From: Vulcanimicrobiota bacterium
GTDB lineage: Bacteria; Vulcanimicrobiota; Vulcanimicrobiia; Vulcanimicrobiales; Vulcanimicrobiaceae
NCBI GenBank assembly: GCA_963834485.1
Contig: CAWICD010000001.1
Location: 758,862-822,861, forward strand
DNA: 64,000 nucleotides
Reading direction: 5' to 3'
Numbering within the stretch: the stretch's first letter is position 1; every line of letters starts with the position of its first letter. Made by a program: the position numbers and the translations under genes. Under the pieces are notes generated by a model that worked only from the letters and a program-made list of their open reading frames with translations, was not told the origin of the DNA and made no database searches. This document shows positions 43,693-51,928 of this stretch, piece by piece.

Positions 43693-43784
43693 GCAGCGGC
43701 GCCAGAAGCGCGCGAGCGACGAATCGGCGCCAATAGCCTCAAGCTACGCTACGTTCGGAACTCGCTTCGGCCTAGCGCTTGCGT

Positions 43785-45071
43785 TCAATCGTATACGCAG
43801 CGGAACGTGGCGTAGACGTAAGGATACTCGGGCCTATACCAGTTGCGGAAGCTGCGCCGCACGTGGTTGCCGTTCGTAACCGGCGAGGCACCCTTGACGA
43901 CATAGTGCGCATGGTCGAAGAAGTCCGCGGAGTACGGCGGATACGCAGGGAGCGGCTCGAAGCCGGGAAACGGGCCGAACTCGGTCGAGGTCCACTCCCA
44001 ACCATTGCCGATGAGGTCGTGAACGCCGAACGCGCTCGCACCGGAAGGCGAGATGCCGACCGGTTCGGGGTCGAAGCGGCGGAAGTCGAAGTTGCCGCGC
44101 TCGGCGGTCGGCGCGTCGTCGCCCCAGGGGAAGGCGCGCTCGCCGCCGGAAGGCGTGCCGAAGGCGGCGCGGTGGTATTCCGCTTCGCTCGGCAGCCGCG
44201 CGCCTTTCCAAGCCGCATAAGCGCGCGCTTGGGCTTGCGTGACGTAGACGGGCCACGAAAGCGGGAGCGGCATCTCCTCGAACATGCCGAGCAGCCGGAA
44301 CTCGCCCCCGCGCTCGAACCAGAAGGGGGGCACGGGGCCGCCGGCCTGACGCACGAAGGCGAGCCAGTCGCCGTTGGTCACGTCGTTGACGTCGATCGTG
44401 AAAGCCGGCACGTCGCGCTCCGTCCGCTCGAACTCGTTGTCCCAGCCGAACTGCAGCTCGTCGCGGCGCGCGCCCAGCGTGGCGCGGCCTGCCGGAATCG
44501 CCGCCCGTCCGCTCGCGGCCGGCTCGCGTTCGAAGAAGGCGCCGCCGCGGCCGGCGCCGTTCTTGCGGTCCAGCGGAAGGCGGTGCAGCATGTAGAGCAG
44601 GGTCTCGTGGTGCATCTCCTCGTGCTCGAGGATCGTGTACGCGACGTGGCCCCGCTCGAGGAGCGGCGAGGCGGCGGCGGCGCTCAGGTCGGCGTTCGCG
44701 AGGGCCGCGAGGACGGCCGCGTCGCAGGCTCGTCCGAAGGCCTGCACCTCGTCGCGCGAAGGCCACGAGCCGCGTTCGTGACGGGCCGCTTCGCCGAGGT
44801 CCGAGGGGTCGATGCCGCGCTCGAAGAGCCGTTCGAAGGCAGGGTCGATCGAAGGGCCGCCGAGCGCTTCGCGCACGAGCTTGTTGAAGCTGAACGCGGG
44901 CAAGTGGCCTTCGTAGAAAACGATCGGGTGGCGCAGCGCGATCGGCCGCTCGTAATACGACGAAGGGTCGATGATGGCGAAGAGCTCCGCGCTGCGGCTG
45001 CGGTTGGCGAGGTAGCGCCGCCGCAGTTCGCCGCGGTCGAGCCGTCCGGTGGTTGGCGATGGAACGAGCAT
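43785..45071 (-). CDS. EgtB-like sulfoxide synthase (DinB-like plus FGE-sulfatase domains)
   Basis: HPIVFYEGHLPAF, ILEHEEMHHETLLYM (His-rich iron site), GNGWEWT and RSFRNWY. ATG 45071 lies inside composite ORF 43785..46508. Confidence 0.8.
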   Translation of the reverse strand: MLVPSPTTGRLDRGELRRRYLANRSRSAELFAIIDPSSYYERPIALRHPIVFYEGHLPAFSFNKLVREALGGPSIDPAFERLFERGIDPSDLGEAARHERGSWPSRDEVQAFGRACDAAVLAALANADLSAAAASPLLERGHVAYTILEHEEMHHETLLYMLHRLPLDRKNGAGRGGAFFEREPAASGRAAIPAGRATLGARRDELQFGWDNEFERTERDVPAFTIDVNDVTNGDWLAFVRQAGGPVPPFWFERGGEFRLLGMFEEMPLPLSWPVYVTQAQARAYAAWKGARLPSEAEYHRAAFGTPSGGERAFPWGDDAPTAERGNFDFRRFDPEPVGISPSGASAFGVHDLIGNGWEWTSTEFGPFPGFEPLPAYPPYSADFFDHAHYVVKGASPVTNGNHVRRSFRNWYRPEYPYVYATFRCVYD

Positions 45072-45154
45072 GATCGACCTCTCTTCCCCGTATGTACCCG
45101 CATTGTACGCCGAAGCTGCGACCGGGATAGTGAGCCGTCTGACGGAAAGCGCGA

Positions 45155-46606
45155 TTAGGTGGTCAGATACTCGCGCAGGCCCTCCAGGCCGCCCTCGCGG
45201 CCGGAGCCCGACTCTTTCCAGCCGCCGAAGGGCGCGCTCGGATCGAACCGGTCGAACGTGTTGCACCAGACCGTGCCGACGTTGAGCCGGCCGGCAGTGT
45301 AGAGGGCGAGCGCGCCGCTCGACGTCCAAACGCCCGCCGAGAGGCCGTAGGGAACGTTGTTCGCGCGCTCGATCGCTTCGTCGGGCGTGCGGAAGGTCAT
45401 GATGCCGAGCACGGGGCCGAAGATCGGCTCGCGCGCGATGCGGTGCGTCGGCTGAACGTTGGTGAAGAAGGTCGCGGGAAACCAGAAGCCGCGTTCGGGA
45501 AACGTACAGCCGGCTTGCACGAGCGTCGCGCCTTCTTCGACGCCGCCGCGCACCAGCTCGGCCAGCGCGTCGCGCCGCTCGCGCGAACCGATCGCTCCGA
45601 CGTCGGTGTTGCGGTCGAGCGGATCGCCGTGGCGCAGTCCCGTCACGCGTTCGCGCAGCCGGACCGCGACCTCTTCGTAGACGCTCTCTTGAACGAGGAC
45701 GCGTGAGGCGCTGCCGCCGGCGGGGCCCCGGTTGAAATAGCAAGCGGTCACGATGCCGTCGACGGCTTGGTCGAGCGGCGCATCCTCGTAAACGATGCAG
45801 GCGGACTTGCCGTCGAGCTGCAGCGCGAGGCGCACGCGCGTGCCCGCGGTCGCTCGCCGGACGGCCTTCCCCTCTTCGCTCGTGCCGCTGAACGAGAGCC
45901 GGTCGAGCTCGGCGTGCTCGATCAGCGCGCCTTCGGTGCGCCGGTCGCCGGTGATGACGTTGACGACGCCGGGCGGCAGCTCGGACTCTTGGCAGATCTG
46001 GGCGAGGAGCAGCGCCGAGAGCGGCGTCGAGCTCGCGGGAAGCAGCACGACGGTGTTGCCGCAAGCGAGCGCCGGCGCGAGCGTCATCGCCGCGCGCAGC
46101 AGCGGGAAGTGCGGCGAGAGGATCGCGGCGGCGACGCCGAGCGGCCGCGGCCGCTGCGCGCCCGCGAGCGCCCACTCCAGCTTGTCGGCCCAACCCGCGT
46201 GATAAAAGAGCGTCGCCGCCGCTTGCGGCACGTCGAACTCGCGCGACTCCCGAATCGGTTTGCCGCTGTCGAGCGTCTCGACGAGCGCGAACTCGCGGGC
46301 GCGCTCCGCCAGCGCGCGGGCGATGCGGTACGCGTACTTGGCGCGTTCGGCCGGGCGAATCTTGCGCCAATACTTCTCGTAACCGCGGCGCGCCGCCCGA
46401 ACCGCCCGGTCGACGTCGGCCGGCTGCGCGCAGGCGACGTGTGCCAGCACGTTTTCGGTCGCCGGGTCGAGCGTGGTCGCGACGGCGTCGCCTTCGGCGC
46501 TCGTCCATTCGCCCGCGATGAAGAGCCCGTAGCGCTCGCGCAGCGTGACGGCCTCGCGCGACTCGAGCGCGGGCGCGTAGTCGAAGCCGGGCAGGAGCAC
46601 GCTCAT
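45155..46606 (-). CDS. Aldehyde dehydrogenase family protein lacking the canonical catalytic residues
   Basis: Full-length ALDH fold (483 aa), but ILSPHFPLL replaces I.PWNFP, LQLDGKSA replaces LELGGKS, and YFNRGPAGGSASR replaces F.N.GQ.C.A.SR. Start ATG 46606 lies 2 nt after the deoC stop. Confidence 0.85.
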   Translation of the reverse strand: MSVLLPGFDYAPALESREAVTLRERYGLFIAGEWTSAEGDAVATTLDPATENVLAHVACAQPADVDRAVRAARRGYEKYWRKIRPAERAKYAYRIARALAERAREFALVETLDSGKPIRESREFDVPQAAATLFYHAGWADKLEWALAGAQRPRPLGVAAAILSPHFPLLRAAMTLAPALACGNTVVLLPASSTPLSALLLAQICQESELPPGVVNVITGDRRTEGALIEHAELDRLSFSGTSEEGKAVRRATAGTRVRLALQLDGKSACIVYEDAPLDQAVDGIVTACYFNRGPAGGSASRVLVQESVYEEVAVRLRERVTGLRHGDPLDRNTDVGAIGSRERRDALAELVRGGVEEGATLVQAGCTFPERGFWFPATFFTNVQPTHRIAREPIFGPVLGIMTFRTPDEAIERANNVPYGLSAGVWTSSGALALYTAGRLNVGTVWCNTFDRFDPSAPFGGWKESGSGREGGLEGLREYLTT

Positions 46607-46608
46607 CC

Positions 46609-47487
46609 TCAGGCCCTCGCCACGTAGACCAGCGCGCCGTATGCGCCGGTCGCCTCTTTGTCGCGCTGCATCAGCAGATCGTCGAGCAAGCCGGATGCGC
46701 CGATTCGAAAGAGCGCCGGCGTGAGCCACGCGTCGCCGAGCGTCTCTTTGACGATCGCCAGATATCCGAGCGCCGCTTTGGTCGTGCGGATCCCGCCGGC
46801 GAGCTTGAGCCCGGCCGCTCGACCGGTTCGGCGGCCGTGTTCGCGAATGGCCTCGCACAGCAGCAACGCCAGCGCCGGCGTGGAACCGGCGCCGATCTTG
46901 CCGGTCGACGTCTTCACGAAGTCGGCGCCCGCTTCGAGCGCGAGATTGCAGGCGTGGCGCACCGCCGCGTACGAGCCGAGCTCACCAGCCTCGAGGATGA
47001 CCTTCAGGGTCGCGCCGCCGCAAGCGTCGCGCATCGCGGCGATCTCTTCGCGCACGCGACGGTCGTGACCGGCCAGCAGCGCGCCGCGGTCGATCACCAT
47101 GTCGATCTCGTGCGCGCCGGCGGCGACCGCCTCGGCGGCGTCGCGCAGCTTGACCTCGAGCGACGACAGGCCGCTCGGGAAGGCGGCGGCGACCGCCGCC
47201 ACGCGGACGCTCGTGGCCGCCAGCGCCGCGGCCGCTTCGGGGACGAGCGACGGATAGACGCAGACTGCGGCTACGCTCGGCGCATCGGGCGCAGGCTTCG
47301 CGGCCCGCGCGCAGAGCGCCCGGACGTTGCCGGCCGTGTCGCGGCCCTCGAGGCTCGTCAAATCCATGCAGGCGATAGCCAGCTCGATACCCGTGCGCTT
47401 CGCTTCGGCCTTGATCGAACGTTTGGCCAAGAGCGCCGCTCGGGACTCAAGGGCGACAGCGTCGACGCGAGGGACGGCGCGGCTCAT
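46609..47487 (-). CDS. deoC: Deoxyribose-phosphate aldolase (long form)
   Basis: CMDLTSL, VCVYP, DMVI and ADFVKTSTGK (Schiff-base Lys). Start ATG 47487 lies inside ORF 46609..47688. Confidence 0.85.
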   Translation of the reverse strand: MSRAVPRVDAVALESRAALLAKRSIKAEAKRTGIELAIACMDLTSLEGRDTAGNVRALCARAAKPAPDAPSVAAVCVYPSLVPEAAAALAATSVRVAAVAAAFPSGLSSLEVKLRDAAEAVAAGAHEIDMVIDRGALLAGHDRRVREEIAAMRDACGGATLKVILEAGELGSYAAVRHACNLALEAGADFVKTSTGKIGAGSTPALALLLCEAIREHGRRTGRAAGLKLAGGIRTTKAALGYLAIVKETLGDAWLTPALFRIGASGLLDDLLMQRDKEATGAYGALVYVARA

Positions 47488-47632
47488 ACGCCGCTCTTTC
47501 GGCCTCGGCACCACGCGCCCCGCCCGCGCGGTCCCTTTCCAACCGGCGCGGAAGCAAAGCCGGACTTCGTTTCCGGCGAAAGATGCTCTTCCGCGGATTC
47601 GATGTTCGCATTGCGCAAGGTGAAAAGCTTGG

Positions 47633-47661
47633 TTGACAGGAGCCGGCCTGCGTGCTAATGA
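47633..47661 (+). promoter_or_regulatory. Sigma70-like promoter candidate for the ilvA leader
   Basis: TTGACA (47633-47638), a 17-nt spacer, then TAATGA (47656-47661). Confidence 0.45.
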
Positions 47662-47672
47662 TGACGCTACCG

Positions 47673-47750
47673 ATGTCTGTCGCCGCACCGTTCATTATTG
47701 CCGGGATTACGATCGTGGGCCTTGGGGGCCGACGGGTAGCCTCGGCGTAG
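47673..47750 (+). CDS. Candidate Ile/Val-rich leader peptide (25 aa)
   Basis: MSVAAPFIIAGITIVGLGGRRVASA* is the only short ORF between the promoter candidate and the terminator-like hairpin. It has no SD and would be leaderless or near-leaderless. An upstream ATG-ATG at 47658 is an alternative start. Confidence 0.3.
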   Translation: MSVAAPFIIAGITIVGLGGRRVASA

Positions 47751-47774
47751 ACGAACCGACGTCACGACGCTCGA

Positions 47775-47809
47775 GCCTCTCGCCGGAACCGGCCGAGGGG
47801 CTTTTCGTT
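47775..47809 (+). terminator. Terminator-like hairpin plus T-tract inside the ilvA 5' leader (attenuator candidate)
   Basis: GCCTCTCGCCGG-AA-CCGGCCGAGGGGC (imperfect GC-rich stem) is followed by TTTTCGTT, 27 nt before the ilvA start. Confidence 0.5.
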
Positions 47810-47835
47810 ATGCGCCCATAACCGCGGAGGATCCG

Positions 47836-49056
47836 TTGACCACCATCGAACTCTCGGCCGAATCCGTCCAGGCCGCCGCCGACCGCATTCGCTCCGGCAT
47901 CCGGCGCACGCCGACGGTGCGCTCGCGCGCCCTCTGCGCGGCGACCGGAAGCGAGGTCTATCTCAAGCACGAGACGCGCCAAACGACGGGCTCCTACAAG
48001 GAGCGCGGCGCGCTCAACGCGATGCTGCTGCTCTCTCCGCAGCGGCGCGAGTGCGGCGTGGTGACGGCCTCGGCCGGCAATCACGGTCAGGCCGTCGCCT
48101 ACCACGGCACGCGGCTGAACCTGGCAACGACCGTCGTGATGCCGCGGACGACGCCGTTCCTCAAAGTGCGTCGCACGCGCGACTACGGAGCCGAAGTCGT
48201 CCTCGAAGGCGACACGTTCGACGAGGCGGCCCAGTTTGCGCGGGGACTCGCCGCCCGAACCGGCGCGACGCTCGTCCATCCCTTCGACGATCCCGACGTG
48301 ATCGCAGGCCAGGCCACCGCGACCCTCGAGCTGCTCGAGGACGCGGGGACCGAGCTCGACGTCCTGCTCGTCCCGGTCGGGGGCGGCGGGCTGATCGCGG
48401 GCGCGACCCTGGCGGTCGCAGCGGCGGGTTCGCGCGCCGAGGTCGTCGCCGTCCAATCCGCCTTCTATCCGTGCGTCGCCGCCGCGCTCACCGGCTCGAC
48501 GCTCATCCCCGGCGGCCCGACGATCGCCGAAGGGATCGCGGTCAAGGAGATCGGGCGCTTGCCGCTCGAGCTGATCCGCGGCGCCGTGCGCGACGTCGTG
48601 CTCGTGCACGAGGCCGCGATCGAGACGGCGATCGCGCTCTTGCTGGAGGAGGAGAAGCTGCTCGCCGAAGGCGCGGGCGCGGCCGGCGTGGCGGCGCTGC
48701 TGGCCGACCCCGCGCGCTTCGCGGGCAAGCGCGTCGGGACGCTGCTCTGCGGCGGCAACATCGATCTGGGGATGCTCGCCTCGGTGATCGTGCGTCACCG
48801 CATGCGCTCGGGCCGCGTCGTCCGGATTCGCGTGCACATGGTCGACAAGCCAGGCGAGCTCGCCAGCGTCGCGCTCGCGATCTCCGAAGCGCGGGCCAAC
48901 GTCCTCGACGTCGCCCATCACCGCGTCTTCGGCAGCCTCTCGGCGAAGCACGCCGAGCTCGACGTCACCGTCGAACTGGAGCGCCCCGAAGATCTCCCGC
49001 GCATCATGGCCGCGATCGAAGAGCGGGGCTTCGAGGTCGAAGTCGTGACGGAGTAG
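47836..49056 (+). CDS. ilvA: Threonine ammonia-lyase (short form with one ACT-like domain)
   Basis: TTG start 5 nt after GGAGG. SYKERGA (PLP Lys), SAGNHGQA, GGGGLIAG, and a C-terminal ACT-like domain. Confidence 0.9.
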   Translation: MTTIELSAESVQAAADRIRSGIRRTPTVRSRALCAATGSEVYLKHETRQTTGSYKERGALNAMLLLSPQRRECGVVTASAGNHGQAVAYHGTRLNLATTVVMPRTTPFLKVRRTRDYGAEVVLEGDTFDEAAQFARGLAARTGATLVHPFDDPDVIAGQATATLELLEDAGTELDVLLVPVGGGGLIAGATLAVAAAGSRAEVVAVQSAFYPCVAAALTGSTLIPGGPTIAEGIAVKEIGRLPLELIRGAVRDVVLVHEAAIETAIALLLEEEKLLAEGAGAAGVAALLADPARFAGKRVGTLLCGGNIDLGMLASVIVRHRMRSGRVVRIRVHMVDKPGELASVALAISEARANVLDVAHHRVFGSLSAKHAELDVTVELERPEDLPRIMAAIEERGFEVEVVTE

Positions 49057-49126
49057 GCTGCGCCCAGCCCGGGCGCGCGCGGCGGGCTCGCGGAAAAGGC
49101 GCGGGGTTGGGCGAAGCGGAGATTCG

Positions 49127-50287
49127 ATGTTTCGCTATCTCACCGCGGGCGAGTCGCACGGTCCGGCGCTCGTCGGCATCCTCGACGGGCTCCCCGCGCA
49201 GTTGCACTTGGACGTCGGCCGCATCGACGCCGCGCTCCGCGCCCGCCAAGGCGGCTACGGCCGCGGCGGCCGCATGAAGATCGAAACCGACCGGGTCGAG
49301 TTCCTGGCGGGCTTGCGCGGCTCGCTCACGCTCGGCTCGCCGCTGGCGGTCGTCGTGCGCAACAAGGATTTCGAGAACGTCCGCGAGCTGATGGATCCGC
49401 TGACCGGCGCCGGGAAGCCGCTGACCAACCCGCGGCCCGGACACGCCGACTACGCGGGCGCGCTGAAGTTCCGCCAGCGCGACCTGCGCAACGTGCTCGA
49501 GCGCGCGAGCGCCCGCGAGACGGCGATGCGCGTCGCGCTTGGTGCGATCTGCGCGCAGTTCCTCGAGGCGCTGGGGATCACGACCTGCTCCTACACGTCG
49601 CAAATCGGTGACGTCGTCGCGCCCGAGCTCGACCCGGTCGACATGGCCGCGGTCGAAGCGAGCGAGGTCCGCTGCCCGGATCCGCAGAGCGCGGCGCGGA
49701 TGATCGCGGCGATCGACGCGGCCAAGGCCGCGGGCGACACGCTGGGCGGAACCTATACGGTCGTCGTGCAGGGCTTGCCGGCGGGGATCGGTTCGAACCG
49801 CCAGCCCGACACGCGGCTCGACGGCGTGCTCGCGGGCGCGCTGATGGCGATGCAGACGGTCAAGGCCGTCGAGGTCGGCGCGGGCCGCGAGGTCGCCGCC
49901 AAGCCGGGCTCGGCCGCGCACGACATCTTCGCGCTGGAAGGCGGCGAGGTCGTGCGCCCTTCCAACCGCGCGGGCGGCATCGAGGGCGGCATCTCCAACG
50001 GGCAGGAGATCGTGCTGCGCGCCAGCGTCAAGCCGATCCCCACGCTGATGAAGGCGCTGCCCAGCGTCAACCTGCACGAGGGCACGGTCGCGCCGGCGAG
50101 CATCGTGCGCAGCGACGTGTGCGTCGTGCCGGCGGCGGGGATCGTCGGCGAGGCGATGGTTCGTCTCGCCTTGACGGGGCCCGTCCTCGAGAAGTTCGGC
50201 GGCGACTCGATCGAGGAGACGCGGGACAACCTGCAGCGCGCGGTCGCCGCGGCGCGCGAGCTCTTCGGCTCGCCCGTCGCTCCGTGA
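49127..50287 (+). CDS. aroC: Chorismate synthase
   Basis: MFRYLTAGESHGPAL, GGRMKIETD, RPGHADY and ERASARETA. Confidence 0.95.
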   Translation: MFRYLTAGESHGPALVGILDGLPAQLHLDVGRIDAALRARQGGYGRGGRMKIETDRVEFLAGLRGSLTLGSPLAVVVRNKDFENVRELMDPLTGAGKPLTNPRPGHADYAGALKFRQRDLRNVLERASARETAMRVALGAICAQFLEALGITTCSYTSQIGDVVAPELDPVDMAAVEASEVRCPDPQSAARMIAAIDAAKAAGDTLGGTYTVVVQGLPAGIGSNRQPDTRLDGVLAGALMAMQTVKAVEVGAGREVAAKPGSAAHDIFALEGGEVVRPSNRAGGIEGGISNGQEIVLRASVKPIPTLMKALPSVNLHEGTVAPASIVRSDVCVVPAAGIVGEAMVRLALTGPVLEKFGGDSIEETRDNLQRAVAAARELFGSPVAP

Positions 50288-50811
50288 AGGAGCACGTCGC
50301 GCTGATCGGCTTCATGGCTGCGGGCAAGTCCACCATCGGCAGGCATGTGGCCCGCGAGCTCGCGCTGCCCTTCGTCGATACGGACGCACTGATCGCCGAG
50401 CGCCACGGACCCATCCACGAGATCTTCGCGCGGGAAGGCGACGCCGCGTTCCGGGGCTACGAGTTCGACGTGGTGCGCGGCGTGCTGGCCGGGCCGCCGG
50501 CCGTCGTGGCGCTGGGCGGCGGCGCGGTCACGCACGAGCCGACCCGCGCGCTGCTCGCCGAACGCGCGCTGCGCGTCTACCTCGAGGTCCCGGTGCCGTC
50601 GCTGCTCGCGCGCCTGCGCAAGGCGCGCACGATCCGTCCGGTGATCGGCGAGGAGCCGACGGCGGAACGCGTGCGCGCGCTGCTGGCGCAGCGCGAGCCG
50701 CTCTACCGCGAGGCCGAGTTGACCGTCCGCGGCGCGCGCCGCTCGAAGCGCGCGCTCGCGCGCGAGATCGCCGAACGCGTGCGGCTCGCGCTGGGAAGCG
50801 TGCCGGCGTGA
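50284..50811 (+). CDS. aroK: Shikimate kinase
   Basis: GTG overlaps the aroC stop (GTGA). LIGFMAAGKSTIG P-loop, FVDTD and GGGAV. Confidence 0.9.
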   Translation: MKEHVALIGFMAAGKSTIGRHVARELALPFVDTDALIAERHGPIHEIFAREGDAAFRGYEFDVVRGVLAGPPAVVALGGGAVTHEPTRALLAERALRVYLEVPVPSLLARLRKARTIRPVIGEEPTAERVRALLAQREPLYREAELTVRGARRSKRALAREIAERVRLALGSVPA

Positions 50812-50821
50812 GCCGCGGAAG

Positions 50822-51904
50822 ATGCCGCCGATGACCCGCTTCGACGATCTGGGCTATCCGATCGTGATCGACGCCGACGCGGCGCCGCACGTCGGCGCGT
50901 TCCTGCGCGAGCGAGGCTACGCGCGCGCGGTCGTGCTCGCCGACGCGAACCTCGCCGGCCGCGCCAAGCGGATCGCGCGCGCCGCCGGCGCGCGCGCGCC
51001 CGTGCTCGCCTTTCCGCTCGGCGAACGGCGCAAGCGGCTGCGCACGGTCGAGCGCGTCCTCGACGCGCTGGCCGCGGCCGGAGCCGACCGCAAGACGCTG
51101 GCGATCGGCGTCGGCGGCGGCGTCGCGGGCGATCTGTTCGGCTTCGCGGCGGCGATCTACATGCGCGGCATCCCGTTCGTCAACGTCGCCACCTCGCTGG
51201 TCGCCATGGTCGACGCCGCGGTCGGCGGCAAGACCGGCGTCGACCTCGGGGCCGGCAAAAACCTCGCCGGCGTTTTCAAGGATCCGGTCGCGGTCTTCTG
51301 CGATATCGAGGCGCTCCAGACGCTGCCCGAGCGGCAACTGCGGGAAGGCCTAGCGGAACTCGTCAAACACGGGATCATCGAAGGGAACGAGGTCTTCGAA
51401 GCGCTCGAGACGCTCGCGCCGCACTCGCTGCGGAAGTGGCCGTGGGAGACGGTCGTCTCCGACTCGCTGCGGATCAAAGCGGGAATCGTCGGCGACGACC
51501 GGCTCGAGGCCGGCTCGCGCGAGATCCTCAACCTCGGGCACACCTTCGCGCATGCGATCGAGCGGGTCAGCAGCTATCGAACCTCGCACGGCGCGGCGGT
51601 CAGCATCGGCCTGCGCGCCGCGGGGCTCCTCGCGCTGCGCACCGGACGATTCTCGGCCCACGAACACCTGCGCGTGCTCTCGCTGCTGGCGCTGCTGCGC
51701 CTGCCGCTGGTCGCGCCGGTTGAGGACGCGGACGCGCTGCTGAGCGCGATGGCGAACGACAAGAAGACGCGCGCCGGGACGCTGCGCTTCGTGCTGCCGC
51801 GAACGATCGGCGACGTCGAGTACGGCGTCACGGTTCCGACCCGCTCGGTGCGCGCGGTGCTGCAGCGCGTGCTCAGCGAGCCGGGTGCCGCCGAGCTCCG
51901 CTAG
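50822..51904 (+). CDS. aroB: 3-dehydroquinate synthase
   Basis: GGGVAGDLFGFAAAIYMRGIPFVNVATSLVAMVDAAVGGKTGV, NLGHTFAHA and HG.AV. Confidence 0.9.
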   Translation: MPPMTRFDDLGYPIVIDADAAPHVGAFLRERGYARAVVLADANLAGRAKRIARAAGARAPVLAFPLGERRKRLRTVERVLDALAAAGADRKTLAIGVGGGVAGDLFGFAAAIYMRGIPFVNVATSLVAMVDAAVGGKTGVDLGAGKNLAGVFKDPVAVFCDIEALQTLPERQLREGLAELVKHGIIEGNEVFEALETLAPHSLRKWPWETVVSDSLRIKAGIVGDDRLEAGSREILNLGHTFAHAIERVSSYRTSHGAAVSIGLRAAGLLALRTGRFSAHEHLRVLSLLALLRLPLVAPVEDADALLSAMANDKKTRAGTLRFVLPRTIGDVEYGVTVPTRSVRAVLQRVLSEPGAAELR

Positions 51905-51928
51905 ATCCCGTGCAACCCTGACGCCGCC

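Noticed and set aside
43785-46508. 907-aa ORF, plus the N-terminal extensions of ORFs 45155..46858 and 46609..47688.
   Set aside because: These are composites. Homology (EgtB-like, ALDH, DeoC) begins at internal ATGs (45071, 46606, 47487), and the upstream extensions overlap the preceding genes and are Arg-rich junk.
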